64,000 nucleotides of DNA from Alphaproteobacteria bacterium. GTDB lineage: Bacteria; Pseudomonadota; Alphaproteobacteria; UBA828. The notes beneath the pieces were generated by a model. It was not told the origin of the DNA. It ran no database searches and worked only from the letters and a program-made list of their open reading frames with translations. This document shows positions 27,126 to 36,321 of this stretch, piece by piece. The position numbers and the translations under genes are program-made. The stretch covers positions 491,891-555,890 of the forward strand of contig OZ241738.1 of NCBI GenBank assembly GCA_965200925.1, in the 5' to 3' direction. Numbering within the stretch: the stretch's first letter is position 1; each line of letters starts with the position of its first letter.

Positions 27126-28310
27126 CTACACCATCGAACGGTCCGGCACGCTCAACGCTCCGGCCACGCTGCCCTGCGGGCTGGCGTTCATCGGGTCAGG
27201 ACGCCTCCGGGCCACGGCAAGCACGGCCACCGGCAAGCTCCACCCGGCCGACTGCTCGTCGCGCAACACCCGCTACACCCTGGTCGCAACGGATGTGGAC
27301 GGCGACCGCGCAACCCTGGACTTCGTTCTTGCGGTTGGCAGCGAGCTCACCTTCGGCGACGTCACCGGGCCGACCCTGACGGTCCGCATTGGTCATCTCG
27401 TCGAGGTCGAGTTGCCGGGTGCAGAAGGAGGCGACGGGCGGGTGGACTACAGCCTGGGCACCACGCCGGCGCTGCCGGACGGGTTGAGGTTTCTGCGTTC
27501 CCGCCGAGGATCGAACGCCAAGCAGTCCCACACCCTATGGAGCACGCCGACCGGGGCGCATCCGCGCACCACCTATACGCTCACCACCACGGGCCGCGAC
27601 GGCGACGCCGCGACACGGAACTCCACCATCCAGGCGACGACGAACCGCACCCCGTCGTTCGCTGCCTCATCCACCCGTGCCCGGCGCTTCACGGTTGGTC
27701 AGGTGGCTAGCGACCGTTTGCCGGGCGCCACCGGCGGCAATGGGTCGCTCACCTACACGATCGACCCGGCCTTGCCGCACGACCTGTCGCTGAACGGGAC
27801 CACCATCACCGGCGCGGCCACGGAAGCCAGGGCCGAGACCAGCGACACGCTGGCGGCGAGCGATGCAGACGGCGACGCGGCCACGCTAACCTTCCGGCTG
27901 GCGGTGGCGAGCGCGACCGCACCGAAGATCTCCGATGCGGCCGTCACCTCGACACTGTCGCGCGGCGGCGACACCTACGCCATGGGCGATGCGATCACTG
28001 TGCGGATCGACTTCGACCGGCTGGTCGCGGTCGGCGGCTCGCCCCGACTCGGCATCGGCACGGCCACGCGCTACGCCATGCTTTCCACCAGGGCGCCGCC
28101 GGGGCCGGGCCTGCGGTCAGCGAGCTCGGCTACCGGCACCGGGGGCGCGACCGCTTCGGGCGGCGGTGCGATCGCCGGCACGCCGACCGGTGAGCAGGCC
28201 GCGGCCACCTACACGCCGAGGGCGACGGATGCCGACGGCGACGAGACGGCCGACGACGCGGCGACGCACCCCTTCACCATCGAGGCCGCCAGGCGGGCGC
28301 AGGTGCGCTC
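27098..28310 (+). pseudogene. Fragment of a large repetitive surface protein (putative-Ig/cadherin-like He_PIG-type repeats), no start or signal peptide, ends in nonsense
   Basis: Repeats of the form LPxGLxF...tG..tYTLxATDxDGDxATLxF (three recognisable copies). Begins at the junction with the integrase fragment. Decayed repeat 2. Downstream part of ORF 26959..28569 is low-complexity. Confidence 0.4.
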
Positions 28311-28318
28311 GGTGGAGA

Positions 28319-29066
28319 TCAGCCCGATGTGGGCCGAAGGGGGTGCGCCGCTGCGGCTTTGGCCAGAAGAAACCCGACCAGATCCGAGACGTTCACCTCG
28401 GCGCTACGGTCGATGCCCTCGATCCGGGCGTTCAGCTCGCGTACTTCCATGTCGCGGGCCGCGAAACCGGTGCTGCGGAGATTCAAAGCTCCCAGGTTCT
28501 CGCACGCATCGAACGCGATCGTCGCCTCCGCCGGTTCGCTGTGGAAATCGTCCAACAGCTCGAACTTGACGACCGCTGCGCAGGAAGCCTTGCCCGCGAC
28601 CCAACGCCAGGACCGTCCATCCTCGGGGACAAACCCGGTATCGCGGAGCGCTTCCTCGAGGCGGGCCGCATTCACCGCCCCGCATGCGATTTCGAGATCG
28701 ACCTGTGCGTCTACGTTCGGTTGTCCCGGCGTGATGGAACGCGCTTTCGGCGCAAAGCAGTTCCGGGACCAACCCTCCGAGCACCACGAATTCCGGCCGT
28801 TGCCCGTAGTGGTGGACAATACGCGATAGCGCTGCTTCCGCCGCCGCCCGGGAACGGGGAGGCGGTTCGCTGACCACGGACAATCTCTCGGAGATGCTCG
28901 ACGGCTTCCTCGCCGCGCACGCCCACGGCGCGCAGGTCTGCATACACGCGGGGCCATGGGGCGACGCGCAGGCCGGCTTGCGCGGCCACGGATTCGATCC
29001 CGGCGACCGTTGCCCTGGCGACATAGACCTCGCGATCGTAACCGCAGCAAGGTAGGGAGCAAGCAT
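28319..29066 (-). pseudogene. Frameshifted nucleotidyltransferase-fold protein (AbiEii/GSU2403-like family tentative)
   Basis: Upstream part (EFVVLGGLVPELLCAESAFHHAG) lies in ORF 28404..29066. Downstream part (NVDAQVDLEIACGAVNAARLEEAL...) lies in ORF 28319..29149, a different frame. Confidence 0.25.
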
Positions 29067-29222
29067 CGACGCTGCGATGGTGCCCGTGACTGCTCATGCG
29101 ATGCCCGCGGTATCCCACCGACGGCCGATCTCACATAGTCCCGCCGCAAAGTCGCGCCACGTCACGCCGACCGTGATGGCGGTCGCCGGCGTCGTCGCCG
29201 GGATCGGCGAGAAGCACGGGCG

Positions 29223-29420
29223 GTGATCCTGGCCGATACCGGCCCGCTGGTCGCGCTGTTCGATCCTGCTGACGGCAGCCACGGGCGATGCGTCGAAACC
29301 CTCGCAGCGATCGAAGAGCCGACCGCGACGACCGTCCCCGTCCTGACGGAAGCCTTCCCTCTGTTGGGGCCGGCGAGCGTCGGCGCGCAACGGCTCATGG
29401 ATTTCGTCGTCGACGGCGGT
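29223..29420 (+). pseudogene. PIN-domain (VapC-like) toxin N-terminal fragment
   Basis: (V)ILADTGPLVALFDPADGSHGRCVETLAAIEEPTATTVPVLTEAFPLLG is PIN N-terminal consensus. Reading degenerates after ~65 aa into Arg/Pro-rich sequence. No recognisable VapB upstream. Confidence 0.35.
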
Positions 29421-29879
29421 CTGCGAGGTTCTCCATCTCGACGATCCGGGCCTCGACCGCACCGACTTCGCCGTCTACCGCATCAAGCGCGGCACCGGCA
29501 CGCGGCGTTCCGCGTGATCGGGTAGCCTTCATGTGCGGTCGCTTCACGCAGATGGCGCTATCACATCACCAATGCGGACAACATCGAGCCGAACGGACTG
29601 CGTCCGAAGTGCCGTATGACTGATGTCACGGGCTACTCCATCGGCAAGGCGTATGCGCCACCCTTCGGTTGAGACGATGCTCGCGGCAAGAAACCACGCC
29701 GATTGGCGCGCATGTTCGTCGAGCATTTTCCCTGAATAGCCGAAGACGGAGAAGGAGGAAACCAAGCCTATGCGGGCTGGTTTACCGGAATACTGGCCGT
29801 GGCCGAGAAAGGTCGATTACCGGTTTTCTTCGGAGATTACGAGATCGATTTATCGAGCCTTTCGGTGTCACCGTTGTAG

Positions 29880-30210
29880 TCAATAAGTCCTGAGACAATG
29901 GTATAGATACTAAACCCTGCTTCCACATTTTACAAACGATAGTTATTTATTTTTCCGACAGTTACCAATATCCATACAACTATCCAAAGACCAAAAGTAA
30001 GTACGAATAGAAGAAGATGTAATATATGATTCGGCTTTTGGCCTGTTGCCAGCACTCTTTCATTGCAATGGGAGCAAAACCTGCTCGTTTGTTTTTGACT
30101 CATTCGCCTCCACCTCTAAACAATCATAGATATCCTGCAACCTGGTAGGGACACTCGCGCCACGCATGCTCTACTTGGGACGTTGAGGACGCCAGCTTCA
30201 TTGCCTGTAT
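29880..30210. other. AT-rich (~35-40% GC) non-coding block just inside the right island boundary
   Basis: Read directly; no ORFs in the track; strongly contrasts with ~70% GC flanks. Confidence 0.8.
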
Positions 30211-30212
30211 CG

Positions 30213-30279
30213 GCTGAAGGTCATGGGGTCGGGACCCAACTGCGATAAACTGTCGCCAGGGGTTCAAGCGCCACTGTCG
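30213..30279. repeat. 67-bp perfect direct repeat, right copy (putative attR core)
   Basis: Identical to 3898-3964. Confidence 0.75.
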
Positions 30280-30355
30280 GCGCGCGTTGTCCGGGCGGGT
30301 TGCGGCGGGGGGCGGCTTGGGCCACGGTGCGGTGGGCGAAGCGAGGGGGAACGGC

Positions 30356-30931
30356 ATGGCGATTCCGGCGGACGACGGGCTGCTGCGGCGGGAGCGCTCG
30401 GCGCTGGTCGCGATCGACCTTCAGGAGCGGCTCATGCCCGCCATCGCAGACGGCGAGGCGGTGGCGAAGGCGGCCGGGAGCCTGATCGACGCCGCGCGGA
30501 TGCTCGACGTGCCCGTCGTCGCCACCGAGCAATACCCGAAGGGCCTGGGCCCGACCGTCCCCGCCATCGCCGGGCGCCTGCCCGACGACGCGCCGGTCGT
30601 CGTCAAGCTCACCTTCAGCGCGGCGCGCAACCGCGACTTCACGGCGCAGATCGACGCGCTGGCGGCGGAAGGCCGGGACCACCTCGTGATCTGCGGCGTC
30701 GAAAGCCATGTCTGCGTGTTGCAGACGGCCGCCGCTCTTCACGCGCGGGGCAGCGCCGTTCATCTCGCCGTCGACGCCTGCGGCTCGCGCCGGGCCGCGA
30801 GCAAGGACGCCGCGCTGGCGCGCTGCCGCGCCATGGGCATCGCCTGTGTGACCACGGAGATGGTGCTGTTCGAATGGCTGGAGGCGGCCGGAACGGACGA
30901 GTTCAAGGCCGTCTCCGCTCTCGTCAAATGA
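30356..30931 (+). CDS. Isochorismatase-family cysteine hydrolase
   Basis: LVAIDLQERL...VVATEQYPKGLG...VVVKLTFSA...ICGVESHVCVLQTAAALHARG is a typical isochorismatase-like fold signature. Confidence 0.8.
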   Translation: MAIPADDGLLRRERSALVAIDLQERLMPAIADGEAVAKAAGSLIDAARMLDVPVVATEQYPKGLGPTVPAIAGRLPDDAPVVVKLTFSAARNRDFTAQIDALAAEGRDHLVICGVESHVCVLQTAAALHARGSAVHLAVDACGSRRAASKDAALARCRAMGIACVTTEMVLFEWLEAAGTDEFKAVSALVK

Positions 30932-31680
30932 CGCCGCGCGTCTCGCCCTGGCGGCGGGCGCCCGGGCGGCTGCCCGAAGGCCGGCGAATCTACGCCATCG
31001 GCGACGTCCATGGCCGGCTCGACCTCCTGCGCGCGCTGATCGCGGCGATCGATACGGAACAGAAGGATGCCGGCACCGCACGCCCGACGCTGGTCCTCCT
31101 CGGCGACTACGTGGACAGGGGACCGGACTCGCGCGGCGTCGTCGAGACGCTGATCGAAGGCCCCCTGCCGGCCTTTGAGCGCGTCCATCTGCGCGGCAAT
31201 CACGAGGACTCCTTCCTGCGGTTCCTCGACGACATCGCCGTCGGGCCGAGCTGGCTCTATTACGGCGGCGCCGAAACCCTGGCGAGCTACGGCATCGCGG
31301 CCGCGCGCGACGAGGACGACCCGGCGCGGCTCGTGGCGCTGCAAGCGGCCTTCGCGGCGGCGCTGCCGGACTCCCATCGCGCCTTCATGCGCGGGCTCGA
31401 ACCCTGCCAGGCGATCGGCGGGTATCTCTTCGTCCATGCCGGAGTCCGGCCGGGCGTGCCCCTTGCCGGACAATCGCTCGACGACCTGCTTTGGATCCGC
31501 GGCGAGTTCCTGCGGTCTGCCGCGGATCACGGCCATGTCGTCGTGCACGGCCATACGATCGACAGGGAGCCCCAGATTCGCCGCAACCGCATCGGCATTG
31601 ACACCGGCGCCTTCGCGACCGGCGTGCTGACCTGCCTGGTGCTGGAGGCGGACGGATACCGCCTGATCCAGACGGCGTGA
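30928..31680 (+). CDS. Serine/threonine protein phosphatase (calcineurin-like metallophosphoesterase, ApaH/PrpE-like)
   Basis: IYAIGDVHGRLDLL, LVLLGDYVDRGPDS, LRGNHE motifs. Confidence 0.8.
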   Translation: MTPRVSPWRRAPGRLPEGRRIYAIGDVHGRLDLLRALIAAIDTEQKDAGTARPTLVLLGDYVDRGPDSRGVVETLIEGPLPAFERVHLRGNHEDSFLRFLDDIAVGPSWLYYGGAETLASYGIAAARDEDDPARLVALQAAFAAALPDSHRAFMRGLEPCQAIGGYLFVHAGVRPGVPLAGQSLDDLLWIRGEFLRSAADHGHVVVHGHTIDREPQIRRNRIGIDTGAFATGVLTCLVLEADGYRLIQTA

Positions 31681-31683
31681 TCC

Positions 31684-32253
31684 CTATTCCTCCGCGGGGA
31701 GCGCCGCCGGGCGCGCGCTGAGGGAGCGGAGGAAGACGAGGACGTTGGCGCGGTCGGCCCCTTTCGAAAGGCCCTTGAAGACCATCTTCGTGCCGGAGAC
31801 CGTCCCTTTCGGGTCGGCGATGAAGCCGTTCAGGCGCGCGAAATCCCAGACGCCGCCGAATCCCGCCATGGCCTCGGAATAGGCGAAGCCCTCGACGCTC
31901 GCGACCGGCCGGTTCACGACGTCCCAGAGATTGGGGCCGATCTTGTTCTTGCCGCCCTCCGCCACGGTGTGGCAGGCCGCACATTTCTTGAATGCCTTCT
32001 GGCCCTTGGCGGCGTCCCCATGGGCCAGCAGCGTGGCCAGGGGGACGCTTTCCCGGGCGGCTTCCTCCTCCGCTGCCGCGCCGTGGGCGGGCGCGTCCTG
32101 TTCGAGGCCGACCACCCGGTAGTGGACAACCCGCTCGTGCGCGCCGTGTTCGAACTTGCCGTAGGCCGCGAGCGAGATCAGCCACGCCGTCATCGCGACG
32201 AGGCCCGCGAAAAGGACCGCGCCGAAGAGCTTGTTCAACTCGAAGCTGTTCAT
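31684..32253 (-). CDS. Membrane-anchored class I cytochrome c
   Basis: N-terminal TM helix [20 protein letters not shown]. Heme-binding CAACH in [24 protein letters not shown]...M near the C-terminus. Confidence 0.8.
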   Translation of the reverse strand: MNSFELNKLFGAVLFAGLVAMTAWLISLAAYGKFEHGAHERVVHYRVVGLEQDAPAHGAAAEEEAARESVPLATLLAHGDAAKGQKAFKKCAACHTVAEGGKNKIGPNLWDVVNRPVASVEGFAYSEAMAGFGGVWDFARLNGFIADPKGTVSGTKMVFKGLSKGADRANVLVFLRSLSARPAALPAEE

Positions 32254-32402
32254 GCCGACCGCTGTTTCGGATGGAACGGGTGCGCCGGGCGCCGACGGCG
32301 CGGGAGACTAGCCAACTCGTTCGATCCTGTCCAACCTCCTCGACAAGGCCCATGCCGCGCCCTATCCGTTCAGGCGCGAACCGCTCAGGGAGGCCCGAGC
32401 GC

Positions 32403-33200
32403 ATGAACGCGCCCGTCGAGACCCGATCGCCCGCGCCGCGCGCCCCGCTGGTGCTGATTCCTGCGCGCATGGCCTCGACGCGGCTCCCCGGCAAGCCGCT
32501 CGCGGACGTGGCCGGGAAGCCGATGATCGTGCGCGTCCTGGAGCGCGCCGAGGCCGCCGCAATCGGCCCCGTGGCGGTCGCCTGCGCCGACCCGGAGATC
32601 GCGGAGGCGGTCGTGCATGCCGGCGGCCGCGCCGTCCCGACCCGCCCGGAGCACGCCTCCGGCTCCGACCGCATCTTCGAGGCGCTGGAGGCGCTGGACC
32701 CGGACGGCCGGCACGACGCGGTCGTCAACCTGCAAGGCGACCTGCCGACCCTCGATTCCGCCCTGCCGCGCCGCGCCCTGGCGCTGCTGGACGACCCCGC
32801 CGTCGCCATCGGGACCCTCGCCGCCGAGAGCGCCGACCCGGCCGAGCGGGACGACCCGAACGTGGTCAAGGCGGTGGTTTCGTGGGCGCCCGGCGGCGCG
32901 CGGGGCCGCGCCCTCTACTTCACCCGCGCGCCCGCGCCCGCCGGCACCGGGCCTCTCTGGCACCATATCGGCCTCTACGCCTGGCGGCGCGCGGCGCTCG
33001 CGCGTTTCGTCCGCCTGCCGCCGAGCCCCCTGGAGTGCCGCGAGGGCCTGGAGCAGCTCCGCGCGCTTGAAGGCGGCATGCGCATCGACGTGGCCCGCGT
33101 TGACACCGTTCCCCTCGGCGTCGACACTCCGGCGCATCTTGAACGGGCGCGGGCGCTGGTCGCCGGCGCCCGCCGCGCTTTCGACCGGGGGTCCGCGTGA
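32403..33200 (+). CDS. kdsB: 3-deoxy-manno-octulosonate cytidylyltransferase (CMP-KDO synthetase)
   Basis: [34 protein letters not shown] and GSDRIFEAL...[11 protein letters not shown] are KdsB hallmarks. Confidence 0.85.
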   Translation: MNAPVETRSPAPRAPLVLIPARMASTRLPGKPLADVAGKPMIVRVLERAEAAAIGPVAVACADPEIAEAVVHAGGRAVPTRPEHASGSDRIFEALEALDPDGRHDAVVNLQGDLPTLDSALPRRALALLDDPAVAIGTLAAESADPAERDDPNVVKAVVSWAPGGARGRALYFTRAPAPAGTGPLWHHIGLYAWRRAALARFVRLPPSPLECREGLEQLRALEGGMRIDVARVDTVPLGVDTPAHLERARALVAGARRAFDRGSA

Positions 33201-34153
33201 GCGCACAGACCGGCCGCCTCGAACCGCCCGGCGATCCGGCGAACACCATCGCCTTCCAGGGCGCGCGCGGCGCCTACTCCGAGGCCGCCTGTGCGGCGCG
33301 CTACCCGGCGATGGCGGTGCTCCCGTGCAAGACCTTCGGCGACGCCTTCGCCGCGGTCGCCGACGGCCGCGCCGCGCGCGCGATGATCCCGATCGAGAAC
33401 TCGGTGGCGGGCCGCGTCGCCGACATCCACCAGCTGCTGCCTGAGTCCGGCCTCCACATCGTGGCCGAGCATTTCGCGCGCGTCCGCCACAACCTCCTCG
33501 CCTGCCCCGGCGCGACCGTCGAGGGGCTCGCGACCGTCCGCTCGCACATCCACGCCCTCGCCCAGTGCCGCCGGCTGATCGAGCGGCTCGGCCTCGCGCC
33601 GGTCGTCCATGCGGACACCGCCGGTGCGGCCGCCGAAGTGGTGGCGGCGGGGGACCCGGCCCAGGCCGCCATCGCCTCGGTGCTGGCCGCCGAGACCTAC
33701 GGGCTCGCCGTCCTCGAAGCCGACGTCGAGGACGAGCCGCACAACACGACGCGGTTCGTCGTGCTCGCCCGCGCGCCCGTCGATCCCGGCGCCCATGGCG
33801 GGCCGGTGGTCACCTCCTTCATGTTCGAGGTCCGCAACGTGCCGGCAGCGCTCTACAAGTGCCTCGGCGGCTTCGCCACCAACGGCGTCAACATGACCAA
33901 GCTCGAAAGCTACATGGCAGGCGGGATGTTCACCGCGACCGTCTTCTTCGCTGAAGTCGACGGCCATCCCTCCGAGACGGCGCTCGAACGCGCCCTGGAG
34001 GAGCTCCGCTTCTTCTCCCGCCGAGTCCGCATCATGGGCGTCTATCCGGCCCATCCCTACCGCCGCGCGGCGGCGGCGCAGCCGCGCGGGCGGGGTCAGG
34101 GCGGGATGCGGCCCGCCAGCCAGTCCTCGATCAGGCGCCGCGAGATCGAATAG
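33197..34153 (+). CDS. pheA: Prephenate dehydratase
   Basis: [14 protein letters not shown]...[11 protein letters not shown]...TRFVVLAR plus C-terminal ACT-like region. Confidence 0.85.
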   Translation: MSAQTGRLEPPGDPANTIAFQGARGAYSEAACAARYPAMAVLPCKTFGDAFAAVADGRAARAMIPIENSVAGRVADIHQLLPESGLHIVAEHFARVRHNLLACPGATVEGLATVRSHIHALAQCRRLIERLGLAPVVHADTAGAAAEVVAAGDPAQAAIASVLAAETYGLAVLEADVEDEPHNTTRFVVLARAPVDPGAHGGPVVTSFMFEVRNVPAALYKCLGGFATNGVNMTKLESYMAGGMFTATVFFAEVDGHPSETALERALEELRFFSRRVRIMGVYPAHPYRRAAAAQPRGRGQGGMRPASQSSIRRREIE

Positions 34154-35046
34154 CGGCCGGGCAGGCGGAATTCGTCGCTGTCGGGGCGGCCGGCGAGGGC
34201 ACCGCGCGTGTACCAATGGGCGTATTCCAGCTCGGTATCGTCCACGGCGATCGCGCGGGTGAGCGCGCGGGCCATGAACCCGACCATGAGCGTGCCGGGG
34301 AAGGGCCAGGGCTGCGAGGAGTGGTAGCGCACGTCGCCCACCCGCACGCCGCTCTCCTCGCGGATCTCGCGGAAGACGCACTCCTCCAGGCTCTCGCCGG
34401 GCTCGAGGAAGCCGGCGAGCGTGGAGTGCATCCCCGCTGGCCAGCGCGACTGACGGCAGAGCAGGCAGGCGTCGCCATCGTGGACCAGCACGATGACCGC
34501 GGAATCGGTCCGGGGGAAGTGCACCGCCCCGCAATCACCGTTGCCGCAGCGCCGCTGGTGCCCGGCCTCGCGCGATTCCGTGGGCGCGCCGCAGGTGCCG
34601 CAATGACGGTGCCGGCTGTGCCAGTAGGTGAGGCCGCGCGCATAGGCGATCAGCGCCGCATCCGCCCCCGGCACGATCTGCACCGAGTCCCGCAGGTCCA
34701 TCATCCGGCCTCCCGGTGCGCGGGCGAGGAGCGCGTCGGCCTCCACGTGGGAGAGATCCACGACGAAGCGCGCCGTGCCTGCGCCGTCGTTTCCCGCCTC
34801 GATTCCGAGCAGGCAGGGCTCGGCGCGCGCGTCCAGCAGCCCGTCCAGGGCCTCGCGGGCGTGCAACGCCGCGCGCGGCTCCGGCTCCATGTGGATGACG
34901 GCATTCTGCCGCCAGATGGCGACGAAGCGGCTCGCGGGATCGTCCAGCCGGGCCGCGAGCCACGCCTCGTCCGCCCGCAAATGGGCGGCCCGGTCGAGCG
35001 GCATCCCGGAGAGAACGTTCCCGCCGATTCGCGCGAGGGAGGCCAT
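34096..35046 (-). CDS. nudC: NAD+ diphosphatase (NUDIX, NudC family)
   Basis: Zinc ribbon CGTCGAPTESREAGHQRRCGNGDCGAVHFPR. Nudix box GFLEPGESLEECVFREIREESGV. Start ATG 35046 chosen (upstream part of ORF is leader). Confidence 0.8.
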   Translation of the reverse strand: MASLARIGGNVLSGMPLDRAAHLRADEAWLAARLDDPASRFVAIWRQNAVIHMEPEPRAALHAREALDGLLDARAEPCLLGIEAGNDGAGTARFVVDLSHVEADALLARAPGGRMMDLRDSVQIVPGADAALIAYARGLTYWHSRHRHCGTCGAPTESREAGHQRRCGNGDCGAVHFPRTDSAVIVLVHDGDACLLCRQSRWPAGMHSTLAGFLEPGESLEECVFREIREESGVRVGDVRYHSSQPWPFPGTLMVGFMARALTRAIAVDDTELEYAHWYTRGALAGRPDSDEFRLPGRYSISRRLIEDWLAGRIPP

Positions 35047-35209
35047 GTCCCGAAGGTCGCACGGCGCGCGCCGGGGCGCAAAGGCGCCCCGCGGAATCGC
35101 GCCCGGCGCGCCTCCCTGGGCGCGCGGGTCTCCAGCCCCGCATTGCACGCGGCGCATGCAGGAATATAGAGTAGGGCATAGGGAAGAAAGACCGGCAGGG
35201 CACGGGACG

Positions 35210-35917
35210 ATGCCAGGGACCGGCGGCGGCGTACCGCAACGCCAGCACAACGAAGACCGGATGCGGCGCGCCGAAAGCTGGCTGGCGAGGGCGGACAGAG
35301 CCGCGAGCGAGAGTGAGAAGACGGGTGCTGGCGCCGATGATACCGGGTTCGCGTGCGAGCGATTCCTGTTTCTCTGGATATCCTTCAACGCCGCCTATGG
35401 ATACGAGATGATGGAGGACGGTACACATGTGGCCTATCTGGAAGAAAAGAAGAAATTTACAAAATTTTTGTATGAAATCGTAAGACGGGACAGGGGAGGG
35501 ACCATCCGGAACATCCTGTGGGAGCAGTACTCTGGTCCTGTGCGTGTCCTTCTGAAAAACAAATATGTTTTCAAGCCATTCTGGGAATCGGTCCGTGGCT
35601 CTCCGAGCGGCGGGGATTGGGAACAACAATTCGAGAAGGAAAAACGACAGTCGAATCGCGCGCTGGAGAACGGTAACGTTGAGCGTGTTCTCGAAATCGT
35701 CTTCTTGCGGCTCTATGTGCTGCGCAACCAGATCTTTCACGGCGGTGCTACCTTCGCCGCGGGCTGGGGAGGGGATCAGATCAGGGACGGCAGCCGCATC
35801 ATGGCCGCCCTCGTGCCGGCGATTCTCGACATCATGCGCGCCGACCTCGCCGCGAACCCGGACACCGACGCCTGGGGAAAAGTCGCCTACCCGCGTATCA
35901 ACGAAAGCAGGGAGTAG
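35210..35917 (+). CDS. HEPN-like protein (Rx4H motif LRNQIFHGG), lower-GC gene
   Basis: C-terminal R-x4-H matches the HEPN RNase motif. Region 35330-35760 is visibly AT-richer than surroundings. No recognisable partner gene. Confidence 0.4.
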   Translation: MPGTGGGVPQRQHNEDRMRRAESWLARADRAASESEKTGAGADDTGFACERFLFLWISFNAAYGYEMMEDGTHVAYLEEKKKFTKFLYEIVRRDRGGTIRNILWEQYSGPVRVLLKNKYVFKPFWESVRGSPSGGDWEQQFEKEKRQSNRALENGNVERVLEIVFLRLYVLRNQIFHGGATFAAGWGGDQIRDGSRIMAALVPAILDIMRADLAANPDTDAWGKVAYPRINESRE

Positions 35918-36189
35918 CGAACGGCGCCCGCGGTTCGAGGGCCGCGCCCTCTTCGAATCGGAACGTCACCCGCCGGCGCCCATCGCCGCCGCCATCCGTG
36001 CGGCCCGTGGCGACCTCGTAACCCGCGCGGACTTCTGGCGCGGCATGTTCGGGCTGGCAGCGTTCATCGTCGCCGTCGCCGCCCTCTCCATCGGCTTGAT
36101 GCAACTCCTGCGGTAAGCTGCCGCCGCGCGCGCCAGGCGCCCGGCCCGCCGCCGCGCCGATGACCGCGCGGGCGGAAGCTGCTAGGATG

Positions 36190-36298
36190 GGCGCGGGAGG
36201 CCGGTGGTGGACGGCTCTCTCGCCAACCCGGTCAGGTCCGGAAGGAAGCAGCCGTAACGAGCCCGAGCCGGGTCGTCCGCCGGTCTCCCGCCGCGCCC
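36190..36298 (+). ncRNA. ffs: Signal recognition particle RNA (4.5S/ffs), small bacterial type
   Basis: Conserved domain IV motif ggtcaggtccggaaggaagcagcc at 36231-36254. Flanking arms ggcgcgggaggccgg / ccggtctcccgccgcgcc can pair. Lies immediately upstream of dnaX. Confidence 0.75.
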
Positions 36299-36321
36299 GC
36301 GAGCCCTGGGGACGAACAGCG

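Noticed and set aside
35565-36116. 183-aa ORF overlapping the HEPN-like gene and extending toward ffs
   Set aside because: Ser/Arg-rich and out of frame with the better-supported HEPN-like ORF. Only its last ~30 codons (hydrophobic) lie in non-coding DNA, and lack a convincing start/SD.
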